Below are positions 1 to 9,400 of a DNA stretch of 14,971 nucleotides, in pieces. The stretch is from an uncultured Spirochaetota bacterium (lineage in GTDB: Bacteria > Spirochaetota > Spirochaetia > SZUA-6 > Fen-1364). The notes under the pieces are model-generated. The model saw only the letters and a list, made by a program, of their open reading frames with translations. It was not told where the DNA came from and ran no database searches. The translations under genes were made by a program, and so were the position numbers. The stretch is from the NCBI GenBank assembly GCA_963745235.1, contig CAVUXE010000047.1, positions 1 through 14,971 on the forward strand, given 5' to 3'. The first letter of the stretch is position 1, and the number at the start of each line of letters is the position of its first letter.

Positions 1-3000
1 CTGGACGGGAGCGCGGCGCAAGGCGTGGACTTCACAGGGTGGACGCTGACGAACCTGACGGTGAACAACTCCACGGGAGCCACGGTGACGGTGAACGCCT
101 CGGGGATCACCCTGAGTGCGCTGGCACTGAGCAAGGGGACGCTGGCCATGGGAGCCCTGGCGCTGAACGTTGCGGGGAACATCACGCAAGCGGGAGGGCT
201 GGTCACCTCCACGGGGACGGTGACGCTGAACGGGAGTGCGGCGGGGCAGACGGTGGACCTGTCGACCTCGACGCTGATCAACCTGACGGTCAATAACACC
301 TACGCCACCGCTCCGCAGGTGAGCCTGGCAGGGAACCTCACGGTGTCCAACCTGTTGACCATGACGCAGGGAGTTCTTGCCCTGGGCGGCAACCTTTTGA
401 GGCTCGGCACCAACCTTGCGCTAAGCTCGACAAATGTTACAGGAATTGCCATCGGCACGGGGACCCTGGATGGGTTGACCAACGGGAAGACCATTACCAT
501 CAGCAACGCGAACGCCTCGATTACCCAGTCGACTGGCACGCTGAGTGCGACCTCGTTGACCGTGAGTGCTGGGGCCTACACCCTTTCCGGGGCGGGGACG
601 GTCACGCTGGGGGCGGGCGGGTTGGTCCAAATCGGAGGAACCATCACAGCGGCTACCGCAGCCATCAGCTCCAGCGGCAGCGTCGATGTGCAGACCGGCG
701 CCACGTTCATCGGAAACGCATCCACCCTGACAATGACGGGTGCCGGAACAACGGTCCATTTTGCGCAGACACCTCTGCACCAGCCCTATAACCTGACCAT
801 CAGCGCGGGAGGGGCCGGAGTAGCGATAACGACAGAGGCTCTCACGGTTGGGAACAACCTGACGATTTCCGCCGGAGGTCTCTTTAGCACTGCCAACAAC
901 AATCTCACCGTGGCAGGGAGCCTGACGGGAGCGGGGACGCTGACAGCAACGGCGACTGAGGCCATCGGCGTTGGGGGCAACTGGGGCCTGACTGGCTTCA
1001 ACGCGGCGAGCAGCACGGTGAGCTTCAACGGAACGGGATCGATCCAGAACGCCGCAACCTTCTACAACCTGACCATCGCCGCCTCTGCGAGCGTGACTCT
1101 GCAGGCCAGCATCGGGATCAACAACACGCTGAGCGTGACTGGGCCGACGGGGACCTTGAATGGAGGGGCATCGTCGTACACGATCACGATGAATGGAGCG
1201 CAGTGGAACAACGGGGGGACTTTCACTCCCGGAAACGGAACAGTCTCTTTCACTCTGCTGAATGCCCCGACGACCCTCACGATCAGCGGGAACAACAGCT
1301 GGTACAACTTCAGCGTCACCGCGGCCAGCGCTTTCGGCAAGACCATCCAGTTCCAGCACCTGATGACGCAGACCATAATGGCGGGAGGGACCTTCACGGT
1401 GCTGGGGAGCAGCTCCTCTCTGATCACACTGACGACTGACAGTGCGAATGCAGCGCCGAATCTGCCGGGGCCGCCGAGCCTGCAGGGGCAGTGGGTCATC
1501 ACGAATAACGGGGCGCCGCCGAACGTGAACAACGCCGGCGTTGCCTGGAGTTGGGCGACCAACCCCATCATCCCCGGGGCGAACGTGAACGACCTGACCC
1601 CGACCGACAACCACAACTGGATCTTCTCGATTCCGATTGTCGCAAGCTGGACTCTCGACACCAACAACAACGGCAGGATCGACAGGATACGTGTGCAGGT
1701 GCTTCCGGGAACGACGCTGAATGACAACTTTGGAGGGCTACAGGTACAGGTGCAAGGCTACGCCGTTCTCAGCTATGCGGCGGTCGGAGTGAATACAGAT
1801 GTCTTCGACATTTTCCTGCAGGAGGGGCCGCAGGAAGATACGAACGCCACGCCGACGTGGCAGGTGACGGCGAACACCACCCTGGCGAGCACGGCTGGAG
1901 GCGCCCTGGTGGCGCGCAACACGGCGGGGACCACGAGGCTCTACATCGCCGCCAGCGGCGCTCGGCCTGTGATCACCTATACGCTCGCGGCGCTAGGAGG
2001 GAACCAGGCATACGTGCATTTCTCCGAGCCCGTATATGGAAACAGCTCGGCGACAACCGGGATTACAAACGGGAGCTTGTCCTACTCGATCGTGGGCGGA
2101 TTGACTGTGCAGCCGACGGAAACAACGGGCGCGGGCGCCCACGCCGCAATAGTGATCTTGCCTGCCGTTTTGGGGGTGACGGATATTCTCCAGCCCGGCG
2201 GGCAGACAATCAGCGCGGCCCTGAACTCTGTTTGGAGCTCACCGTATCCGCTGGCATTCAATTACCCTGTAAACTTCCCGCCGGCGTCTCAGACAAGCTA
2301 TCCGGGGAACCCGGGGGATTTGCAGTACGGCAACACGAATGCGGATGGAAACAATTACCTTCCGGCGAGCGTCGGTGGGCCGCCCTATAGCGGCAGAGCC
2401 ATGCTCACGCCGGGATCCACTCCGACTGCGTCCGCCCACAACATCTCCGACGTGGGCATAGGCTTTGTCACCCCCGTGATCGCTGTTGACCAGCAGGTCA
2501 CCCAGGATCCTTCGCGCGGCGGGACGGGCTCGGTGACCGTCTTCGACGGCAGCAAGTGGCTGCCGCCGCAGAACACGTTCCTGGAAGCCAGGATCATGCC
2601 GCCCACGCTGAGCGGGGCCACGGTAACCCTGTATTGGGACGTCAACCCGCCATCCGCGTTGGATTTCAAGAATCTGTGGATTCCCCCGGGTGCGACGACT
2701 CTGTGGCCCGGGAACCCGGGGGGCGACCGTGCTCATTCGCCCTGGGACTCCCAGGCGCGCAGCATCGCCTCCTCTGGGTCCAACGGGGCGCTGCGGGATT
2801 TCAACATCGCGAACACTGACCCGGCCATCAAGGATGGGGCGTTGTTCCAGTTCATGTTCATGCTGAACGATGGAGCAGGGCACCTCTTGCCCTGCGCATT
2901 CCCGCTGAATCCTGCCAACCCGGCCAGCGTGCAGCCCTTCGAATACATGCTGCACTCCATCATCACGCAGCGCGGCGGGGTCACCATAACGAACAACGTG

Positions 3001-3255
3001 ATCCGTCCGGACAACGGGCAGACGGCATACCTGACCTACACGGTGAGCACCCCGGGACAAGTGACGATCATCGTGTTCGACCTCAGCGGGAGCATCGTGA
3101 ACCTGCTGCAGCGCGGCTCGCAAGGGGCAGGGACCTACACGACGGCCTGGGACGGCAAGAACCGCGGCGGCCGCGCGGTGGCCAGGGGCATCTACTTCAT
3201 CCGGGTAGTCGGTCCCGGGTTCGACGAGATCCGCAAAGTTCTTGTCGTGAGATAG
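1..3255 (+). CDS. Giant secreted beta-solenoid repeat surface protein with C-terminal FlgD Ig-like / T9SS-CTD-like domain (5'-truncated; gene 1)
   Basis: Frame 1 is open from base 1 (CTG GAC GGG AGC = LDGSAAQGVDF...), so GTG 25 is an internal codon and the true start is upstream. The protein has G/T/S/N/A/L-rich repeats (NLTV, GTLA, GNIT), then a non-repetitive Pro-rich region, then ...WDGKNRGGRAVARGIYFIRVVGPGFDEIRKVLVVR, with TAG at 3253-3255. Confidence 0.88.
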   Translation: MDGSAAQGVDFTGWTLTNLTVNNSTGATVTVNASGITLSALALSKGTLAMGALALNVAGNITQAGGLVTSTGTVTLNGSAAGQTVDLSTSTLINLTVNNTYATAPQVSLAGNLTVSNLLTMTQGVLALGGNLLRLGTNLALSSTNVTGIAIGTGTLDGLTNGKTITISNANASITQSTGTLSATSLTVSAGAYTLSGAGTVTLGAGGLVQIGGTITAATAAISSSGSVDVQTGATFIGNASTLTMTGAGTTVHFAQTPLHQPYNLTISAGGAGVAITTEALTVGNNLTISAGGLFSTANNNLTVAGSLTGAGTLTATATEAIGVGGNWGLTGFNAASSTVSFNGTGSIQNAATFYNLTIAASASVTLQASIGINNTLSVTGPTGTLNGGASSYTITMNGAQWNNGGTFTPGNGTVSFTLLNAPTTLTISGNNSWYNFSVTAASAFGKTIQFQHLMTQTIMAGGTFTVLGSSSSLITLTTDSANAAPNLPGPPSLQGQWVITNNGAPPNVNNAGVAWSWATNPIIPGANVNDLTPTDNHNWIFSIPIVASWTLDTNNNGRIDRIRVQVLPGTTLNDNFGGLQVQVQGYAVLSYAAVGVNTDVFDIFLQEGPQEDTNATPTWQVTANTTLASTAGGALVARNTAGTTRLYIAASGARPVITYTLAALGGNQAYVHFSEPVYGNSSATTGITNGSLSYSIVGGLTVQPTETTGAGAHAAIVILPAVLGVTDILQPGGQTISAALNSVWSSPYPLAFNYPVNFPPASQTSYPGNPGDLQYGNTNADGNNYLPASVGGPPYSGRAMLTPGSTPTASAHNISDVGIGFVTPVIAVDQQVTQDPSRGGTGSVTVFDGSKWLPPQNTFLEARIMPPTLSGATVTLYWDVNPPSALDFKNLWIPPGATTLWPGNPGGDRAHSPWDSQARSIASSGSNGALRDFNIANTDPAIKDGALFQFMFMLNDGAGHLLPCAFPLNPANPASVQPFEYMLHSIITQRGGVTITNNVIRPDNGQTAYLTYTVSTPGQVTIIVFDLSGSIVNLLQRGSQGAGTYTTAWDGKNRGGRAVARGIYFIRVVGPGFDEIRKVLVVR
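1657..1683 (+). other. Putative DxNxNG-type Ca2+-binding loop (DTNNNGRID)
   Basis: Translation TLDTNNNGRIDRIRV resembles the Dx[DN]x[DN]G calcium-binding loop. It lies just after the last solenoid cap. This is a motif match only. Confidence 0.45.
2968..3255 (+). other. C-terminal FlgD Ig-like domain / secretion-sorting-like tail
   Basis: It shows the pattern VTIIVFDLSGSIVNLL...GTYTTAWDGKNRGGRAVARGIYFIRV...RKVLVVR, with the WDG-x-N-x-x-G-x-x-V-x-x-G-x-Y core typical of FlgD_ig domains and a terminal K-V-x-V-x strand like T9SS type A CTDs. Confidence 0.8.
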
Positions 3256-3343
3256 GATTGCTCCGTCAGGGGTCCCACGTGATGAACAGTTGGACCATAT
3301 CGAAAGTATGGAATACAGTGATTCGTCTCCCCTTTCGCGCATG

Positions 3344-3372
3344 TTGTGGACCGCCCCGAAGGGAAATATAAT
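3344..3372 (+). promoter_or_regulatory. sigma70-type promoter of gene 2
   Basis: -35 TTGTGG (3344-3349), 17-bp spacer, consensus -10 TATAAT (3367-3372), in an AT-rich patch about 55 bp upstream of the GTG start. Confidence 0.7.
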
Positions 3373-3413
3373 TTACGTAGTGGGCTAATCTTAGGTAGTT
3401 AGACAAAGAAGCC

Positions 3414-3418
3414 GGAGG
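3414..3418 (+). promoter_or_regulatory. Shine-Dalgarno site of gene 2
   Basis: GGAGG 7 nt upstream of GTG 3426. Confidence 0.8.
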
Positions 3419-3425
3419 ATCTCAG

Positions 3426-3494
3426 GTGAGGACAAGGGCACTCAGCCTGTTCTGTGCGGCATTCTTCATACTCGTCTCCGCGCGCGCCTTTTCG
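3426..3494 (+). other. Sec/SPI signal peptide
   Basis: MRTRALSLFCAAFFILVSARAFS|AT has a basic n-region, a hydrophobic h-region and an A-F-S (or A-R-A) cleavage motif. There is no lipobox Cys at the cleavage site. Confidence 0.75.
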
Positions 3495-6400
3495 GCAACC
3501 AACTTCTTTGGTCCGGCCAGCACCACATGGGGCACAGGAGCCGCATGGAGCCTGGGGATTCCGGTAGCTGGCCAGGATATCGTCATCAAGACCGGTTCAG
3601 TTTGCACGATTACCGCCGGCTCGACTCCCCTGCCGAGCTTCAACAGTCTCACGGTCCAGACAGGAGCCACGCTGAGCGGGGGGAACTTCAATTTCCCTGT
3701 CACCGGAAACACCAACCCCAACGCCGGGGCCACAGTGTCGATCACCGGCACTGCCAGCTTCCTTGCCCTGAACATGAGCGGGGTGGGAGCCACGCTCAGC
3801 TCTTCCTCCACCATCGCCAGCCTGACGATAAGCGGTGGGTCGATCACTTTGAACAATTCAGTGGCCGTCGGCATCACCATCGGCTCGTTCACGGAAACCG
3901 CCGGGTCGTTCGACGTGACCGCATCGAACTACCCGGTGAGCATTGGGGGGAACTGGAACAGGTCCGGGGGCACCTTCAACCCGCGAAACGGCACGGTGAC
4001 GTTCACCGCAACAGCAAGCATTCAGAATGCCGAGACCTTCTACAACCTCACGATTTCCAGCCCGGCGGTTGTCACGGCAGCAGGTGCGATGACCATGGCA
4101 AGTCTCGATATCAAACCGAATGCAACTTTCAGCCTCAACGGCAATAATGCCACTATCAACGGCGCTCTCACGATAGAAGGCTCAGGCTTCGCATATGCGC
4201 ACGTCGAAGGGACTGGCGTTCTCGTCATGTCCGGAACGGAAACCGTCAGCGGGACCGGTTTCACGTTTGGAACGTCAACTGGGACAGTCCGTTATCTTCT
4301 CACCGCCAATCTGACTACCGCTCTTTCCCTCGGACTGAGCTACTACAACGTCGAACTGGACAATACTTCGAATTACACCTGGACCCTGACCGGCAATCTC
4401 ACAGCGTCCAACATGCTGTGCGTACATTCTGGCACGATAGCAACGAACGGACACAACGTGACTGCTGGCGCTATGCAGATCGATGGCGGAAATAACCTAG
4501 GTACCCCATGGGGTGGGATTCTGCAGGGCGGCGCCGGTACGATCACGATCAACGGCACGACGACCTTTATCAACAACTTTACACAGGACGGGCGGGGAGT
4601 ACCACCGGATGGGGGGAACGGTCTTCCCGCATATCCTGCACTGACTGGAGGATCCGGGGCGCTGGCCTTTAATGGGAGCGTGACTGGAGCAGGTGCCTTT
4701 ACTGCATCAAGCACAACGACAACCTTCACAGGCGGTAGCCTTGTACTTTACGACTCCACTCTCCCCGCGTCTGGAACATTTACAGCTACCAGCGGCACCG
4801 TTGTTTTCAGCGGTACGGGCTCTCAGACCGAATACGTCAACGGCGCTTCATTCGTTAACTTGACCGTTCAGGGCGGAATGACTTTGCAGGCTGTGAACAA
4901 CAGCGCCGGAGGCGCCAACGCGCTCAACGTGACGGGGACGCTCACCATCAGCACAACCTCTGATCTCATGGATGCCCTTGGCCAGAATTTTACCATCACC
5001 ACCCTGGCCGGAAGCGGAATCCTGGCCCTGAACGACACGCAAGCAACACAGACAGTGAGCAGTGGGGTTGCCACCGGCGGCACCATCCGGTACGAGGGCA
5101 GCTCCGGCGGTACAATTCACTGGACCGCATTCTCCAACATTGAAATCAAAGCCACTGCCGGTACCACGTTCACGACGAGCGGCAACACGACAACGGCAAA
5201 CAACTGCAACGTGCTCCTCACAAGCGGCAACCTCCAGCTTGCCGCCGGCAACAGCCTGACTCTCGGAGCGAGCGGCTCCCCCGGGAATCTGGTCTTCCAG
5301 GGCGGAACCCTTGACCTGTCACTGCTGGCGAACATTAGCACAGCCGTTGACGTGTGGGGGAATATTGGAGGCCCGGGTGCAAACGCCACCGGCGGCGGCG
5401 GGACCATCATTGCTACGGGCACAGGTCGCATGCGACCTCATGGAGGCTACGTCAATCTCACCGGCATCACGGTGAACAATGGGGGCGCAGGGTCGATAAA
5501 TTGGGCCTTCTGTGACAGCACTATGGCCCTCTTCACAAGCGCCGGGAACACCATCGCTAGCATGCGCGTCGGGGCAGCGGCAGGAGGGTTGGGGGGGTGG
5601 GTGCAGCTTCAGGACAACCTGACCATCAGCGGCCTCGATTCAGGGCAAGCTATCTACTGCACCACGACGAACACCCCCCAGATAATAGACTTGAACGGCA
5701 ACACGCTGAAGGTCCTGAGCGGCTCCGTTCTCCTCACCAACCTGACCGGCTTTCCGAGCGCTGGCTCCACCCTCGAGTTCAGTGGGACAAGCACTCTGAA
5801 CTCTGCGGGATACTCGTTGGGCAATATCACCGTCGACAGTGGCGGCGCCCTCACCCTCGTGACTTCCGCCATCACGCTGACGGGGTCGTTGACAGTAAAC
5901 GGGACGTTGAGCACGGCCAACTTTGCAATGGCAATCGGTGGAAACAGCACGATTGGCGGGACGGGGACCCTGACCGCCGGCAGCAGCGTGATCAGCGTGA
6001 CGGGAAACTGGGGCAATACCGGCACGTTTACCGCCGGTACAAGCACGGTGAATCTCACCCCTCCCACTTCAACTCCGTCTCAAGTCACTGGCACCACCAG
6101 TTTCTACGTCCTTTCCTGCACGGTCGCAGGGGCGACAATTCAATTCGGGGCAAATCAGACGCAGACCGTCACGAATGCTTTCACCATGACCGGCGCCTTG
6201 GGCAATTACCTGCAGCTTCTGAGCACGAGCTCCGGAACGAAATGGCATATCAGCCCTCCGACCTCGACTGTGACCGGCCTCCAGGTTCAGGACAGCGACG
6301 TCTCGAACGGAAGTGTCATCACCGCCAACAGCAGCTACAACCTCGGCAATAACGCAATCAGCACTCAAGTCGGCACGGGCGGCGGGTATTGGTCATTCTT

Positions 6401-9400
6401 CAGTCCAGGAACGTTCACCTGGAAAGGCGGGGGGACTACTGCCTGGAGCCTTGGCACAAATTGGGTAGGCGGGACGGCACCAGGGCACAGCGACTCCGCT
6501 TCTATTCCCAGCGGCGCAACGCCGTACCCCGTCCTGAGCGCCGCAACCGCCGTCGGAAGTCTGACTATGAGCGGTTCTCTCAGCACAAGCGGCAATAACC
6601 TCACGATAACCACAACCTTCGGAGGCGCGGGCGGATTCACATCCACGGGGAGTCTCATTGCAGGGGGTACCGAAACCATAAGCGCTGCGGGTTCAATCAG
6701 CTTGAGCGGGACCTACACCGTTGCATCGAGCACGTTTGCGGTCACAGGTAACTCATCGACTCTCAGCTCGAGCGTAAGTTTCAACAATTTGACTGTTAAT
6801 ATGAACTCAGGTCAGACCGTGACCCTTTCCTCCGGTATAACAGTGGCAGGGACGTTGACACTGACCGCAGGAACCCTTGCGGCGGCAGCCAACAACGTGA
6901 GTGTTGCAGGGAACTTTGCCAGCGGGGGAGGGATATTCACCTCCTCCGCGGTGTTGACGTTCAACGGGAGCGCCGCGCAGAGCTTCAACAACACCGGGTC
7001 CACCATCACTGACCTGACGATCTCCAACACAGGACCATCGACGGTGACCCCCTCAGCGGCGTTGAGCGTGAGGAACCTGAGCTTCACCAGCGGGACGCTG
7101 GTGATGGGGGGCAACACGCTGACGGTGACGGGCAACTGGAGCCAGAGCGGCGGGGGAGCCACCTCCACGGGGCTGGTGCAGTTCACGGGGGCAGCGGCGC
7201 AGAGCTTCACTCCCACCGGGTCGACAATCAACAACCTGACGGTGAACGCAACCGGCCCGGTGAATCTGGGCGCTGCGCTGACGGTTGGCGGGACGCTGAC
7301 ACTGACCGCAGGAACCCTTGCGGCGGCAGCCAACAACGTGAGTGTTGCAGGGAACTTTGCCAGCGGGGGAGGGATATTCACCTCCTCCGCGGTGTTGACG
7401 TTCAACGGGAGCGCCGCGCAGAGCTTCAACAACACCGGGTCCACCATCACTGACCTGACGATCTCCAACACAGGACCATCGACGGTGACCCCCTCAGCGG
7501 CGTTGAGCGTGAGGAACCTGAGCTTCACCAGCGGGACGCTGGTGATGGGGGGCAACACGCTGACGGTGACGGGCAACTGGAGCCAGAGCGGCGGGGGAGC
7601 CACCTCCACGGGGCTGGTGCAGTTCACGGGGGCAGCGGCGCAGAGCTTCACTCCCACCGGGTCCACCATCACTGACCTGACGATCTCCAACACAGGACCA
7701 TCGACGGTGACCCCCTCAGCGGCGTTGAGCGTGAGGAACCTGAGCTTCACCAGCGGGACGCTGGTGATGGGGGGCAACACGCTGACGGTGACGGGCAACT
7801 GGAGCCAGAGCGGCGGGGGAGCCACCTCCACGGGGACGGTGCAGTTCACGGGGGCAGCGGCGCAGAGCTTCACTCCCACCGGGTCGACAATCAACAACCT
7901 GACGGTGAACGCAACCGGCCCGGTGAATCTGGGCGCTGCGCTGACGGTTGGCGGGACGCTGACACTGACCGCAGGAACCCTTGCGGCGGCAGCCAACAAC
8001 GTGAGTGTTGCAGGGAACTTTGCCAGCGGGGGAGGGATATTCACCTCCTCCGCGGTGTTGACGTTCAACGGGAGCGCCGCGCAGAGCTTCAACAACACCG
8101 GGTCCACCATCACTGACCTGACGATCTCCAACACAGGACCATCGACGGTGACCCCCTCAGCGGCGTTGAGCGTGAGGAACCTGAGCTTCACCAGCGGGAC
8201 GCTGGTGATGGGGGGCAACACGCTGACGGTGACGGGCAACTGGAGCCAGAGCGGCGGGGGAGCCACCTCCACGGGGATGGTGCAGTTCACGGGGGCAGCG
8301 GCGCAGAGCTTCACTCCCACGGGTCGACAATCAACAACCTGACGGTGAACGCAACGGCCCGGTGAATCTGGGCGCTGCGCTGACGGTTGGCGGGACGCTG
8401 ACACTGACCGCAGGAACCCTTGCGGCGGCAGCCAACAACGTGAGTGTTGCAGGGAACTTTGCCAGCGGGGGAGGGATATTCACCTCCTCCGCGGTGTTGA
8501 CGTTCAACGGGAGCGCCGCGCAGAGCTTCAACAACACCGGGTCCACCATCACTGACCTGACGATCTCCAACACAGGACCATCGACGGTGACCCCCTCAGC
8601 GGCGTTGAGCGTGAGGAACCTGAGCTTCACCAGCGGGACGCTGGTGATGGGGGGCAACACGCTGACGGTGACGGGCAACTGGAGCCAGAGCGGCGGGGGA
8701 GCCACCTCCACGGGGCTGGTGCAGTTCACGGGGGCAGCGGCGCAGAGCTTCACTCCCACCGGGTCGACAATCAACAACCTGACGGTGAACGCAACCGGCC
8801 CGGTGAATCTGGGCGCTGCGCTGACGGTTGGCGGGACGCTGACACTGACCGCAGGAACCCTTGCGGCGGCAGCCAACAACGTGAGTGTTGCAGGGAACTT
8901 TGCCAGCGGGGGAGGGATATTCACCTCCTCCGCGGTGTTGACGTTCAACGGGAGCGCCGCGCAGAGCTTCAACAACACCGGGTCCACCATCACTGACCTG
9001 ACGATCTCCAACACAGGACCATCGACGGTGACCCCCTCAGCGGCGTTGAGCGTGAGGAACCTGAGCTTCACCAGCGGGACGCTGGTGATGGGGGGCAACA
9101 CGCTGACGGTGACGGGCAACTGGAGCCAGAGCGGCGGGGGAGCCACCTCCACGGGGCTGGTGCAGTTCACGGGGGCAGCGGCGCAGAGCTTCACTCCCAC
9201 CGGGTCGACAATCAACAACCTGACGGTGAACGCAACCGGCCCGGTGAATCTGGGCGCTGCGCTGACGGTTGGCGGGACGCTGACACTGACCGCAGGAACC
9301 CTTGCGGCCGGGGGCGATGGGCTGAACGTGGCGGGCAACATCACGCAGGCAGGAGGGCTGGTCACCTCCACGGGGACGGTGACGCTGGACGGGAGCGCGG

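Noticed and set aside
2968-3255. Calling gene 1 flgD (flagellar hook cap) or a classical autotransporter
   Set aside because: Only the small Ig-like domain resembles FlgD and there is no flagellar context. There is no C-terminal beta-barrel or terminal aromatic residue.
3295-3311. Hairpin CCATATCGAAAGTATGG as an intrinsic terminator
   Set aside because: The stem is short, AT-rich and bulged, with no downstream U-tract.
421-3342. Minus-strand ORFs 421-1614 and 2239-3342, and short alternative-frame + ORFs
   Set aside because: They overlap gene 1, have Arg/Gly/Pro-rich off-frame composition typical of high-GC DNA, and show no recognisable domain.
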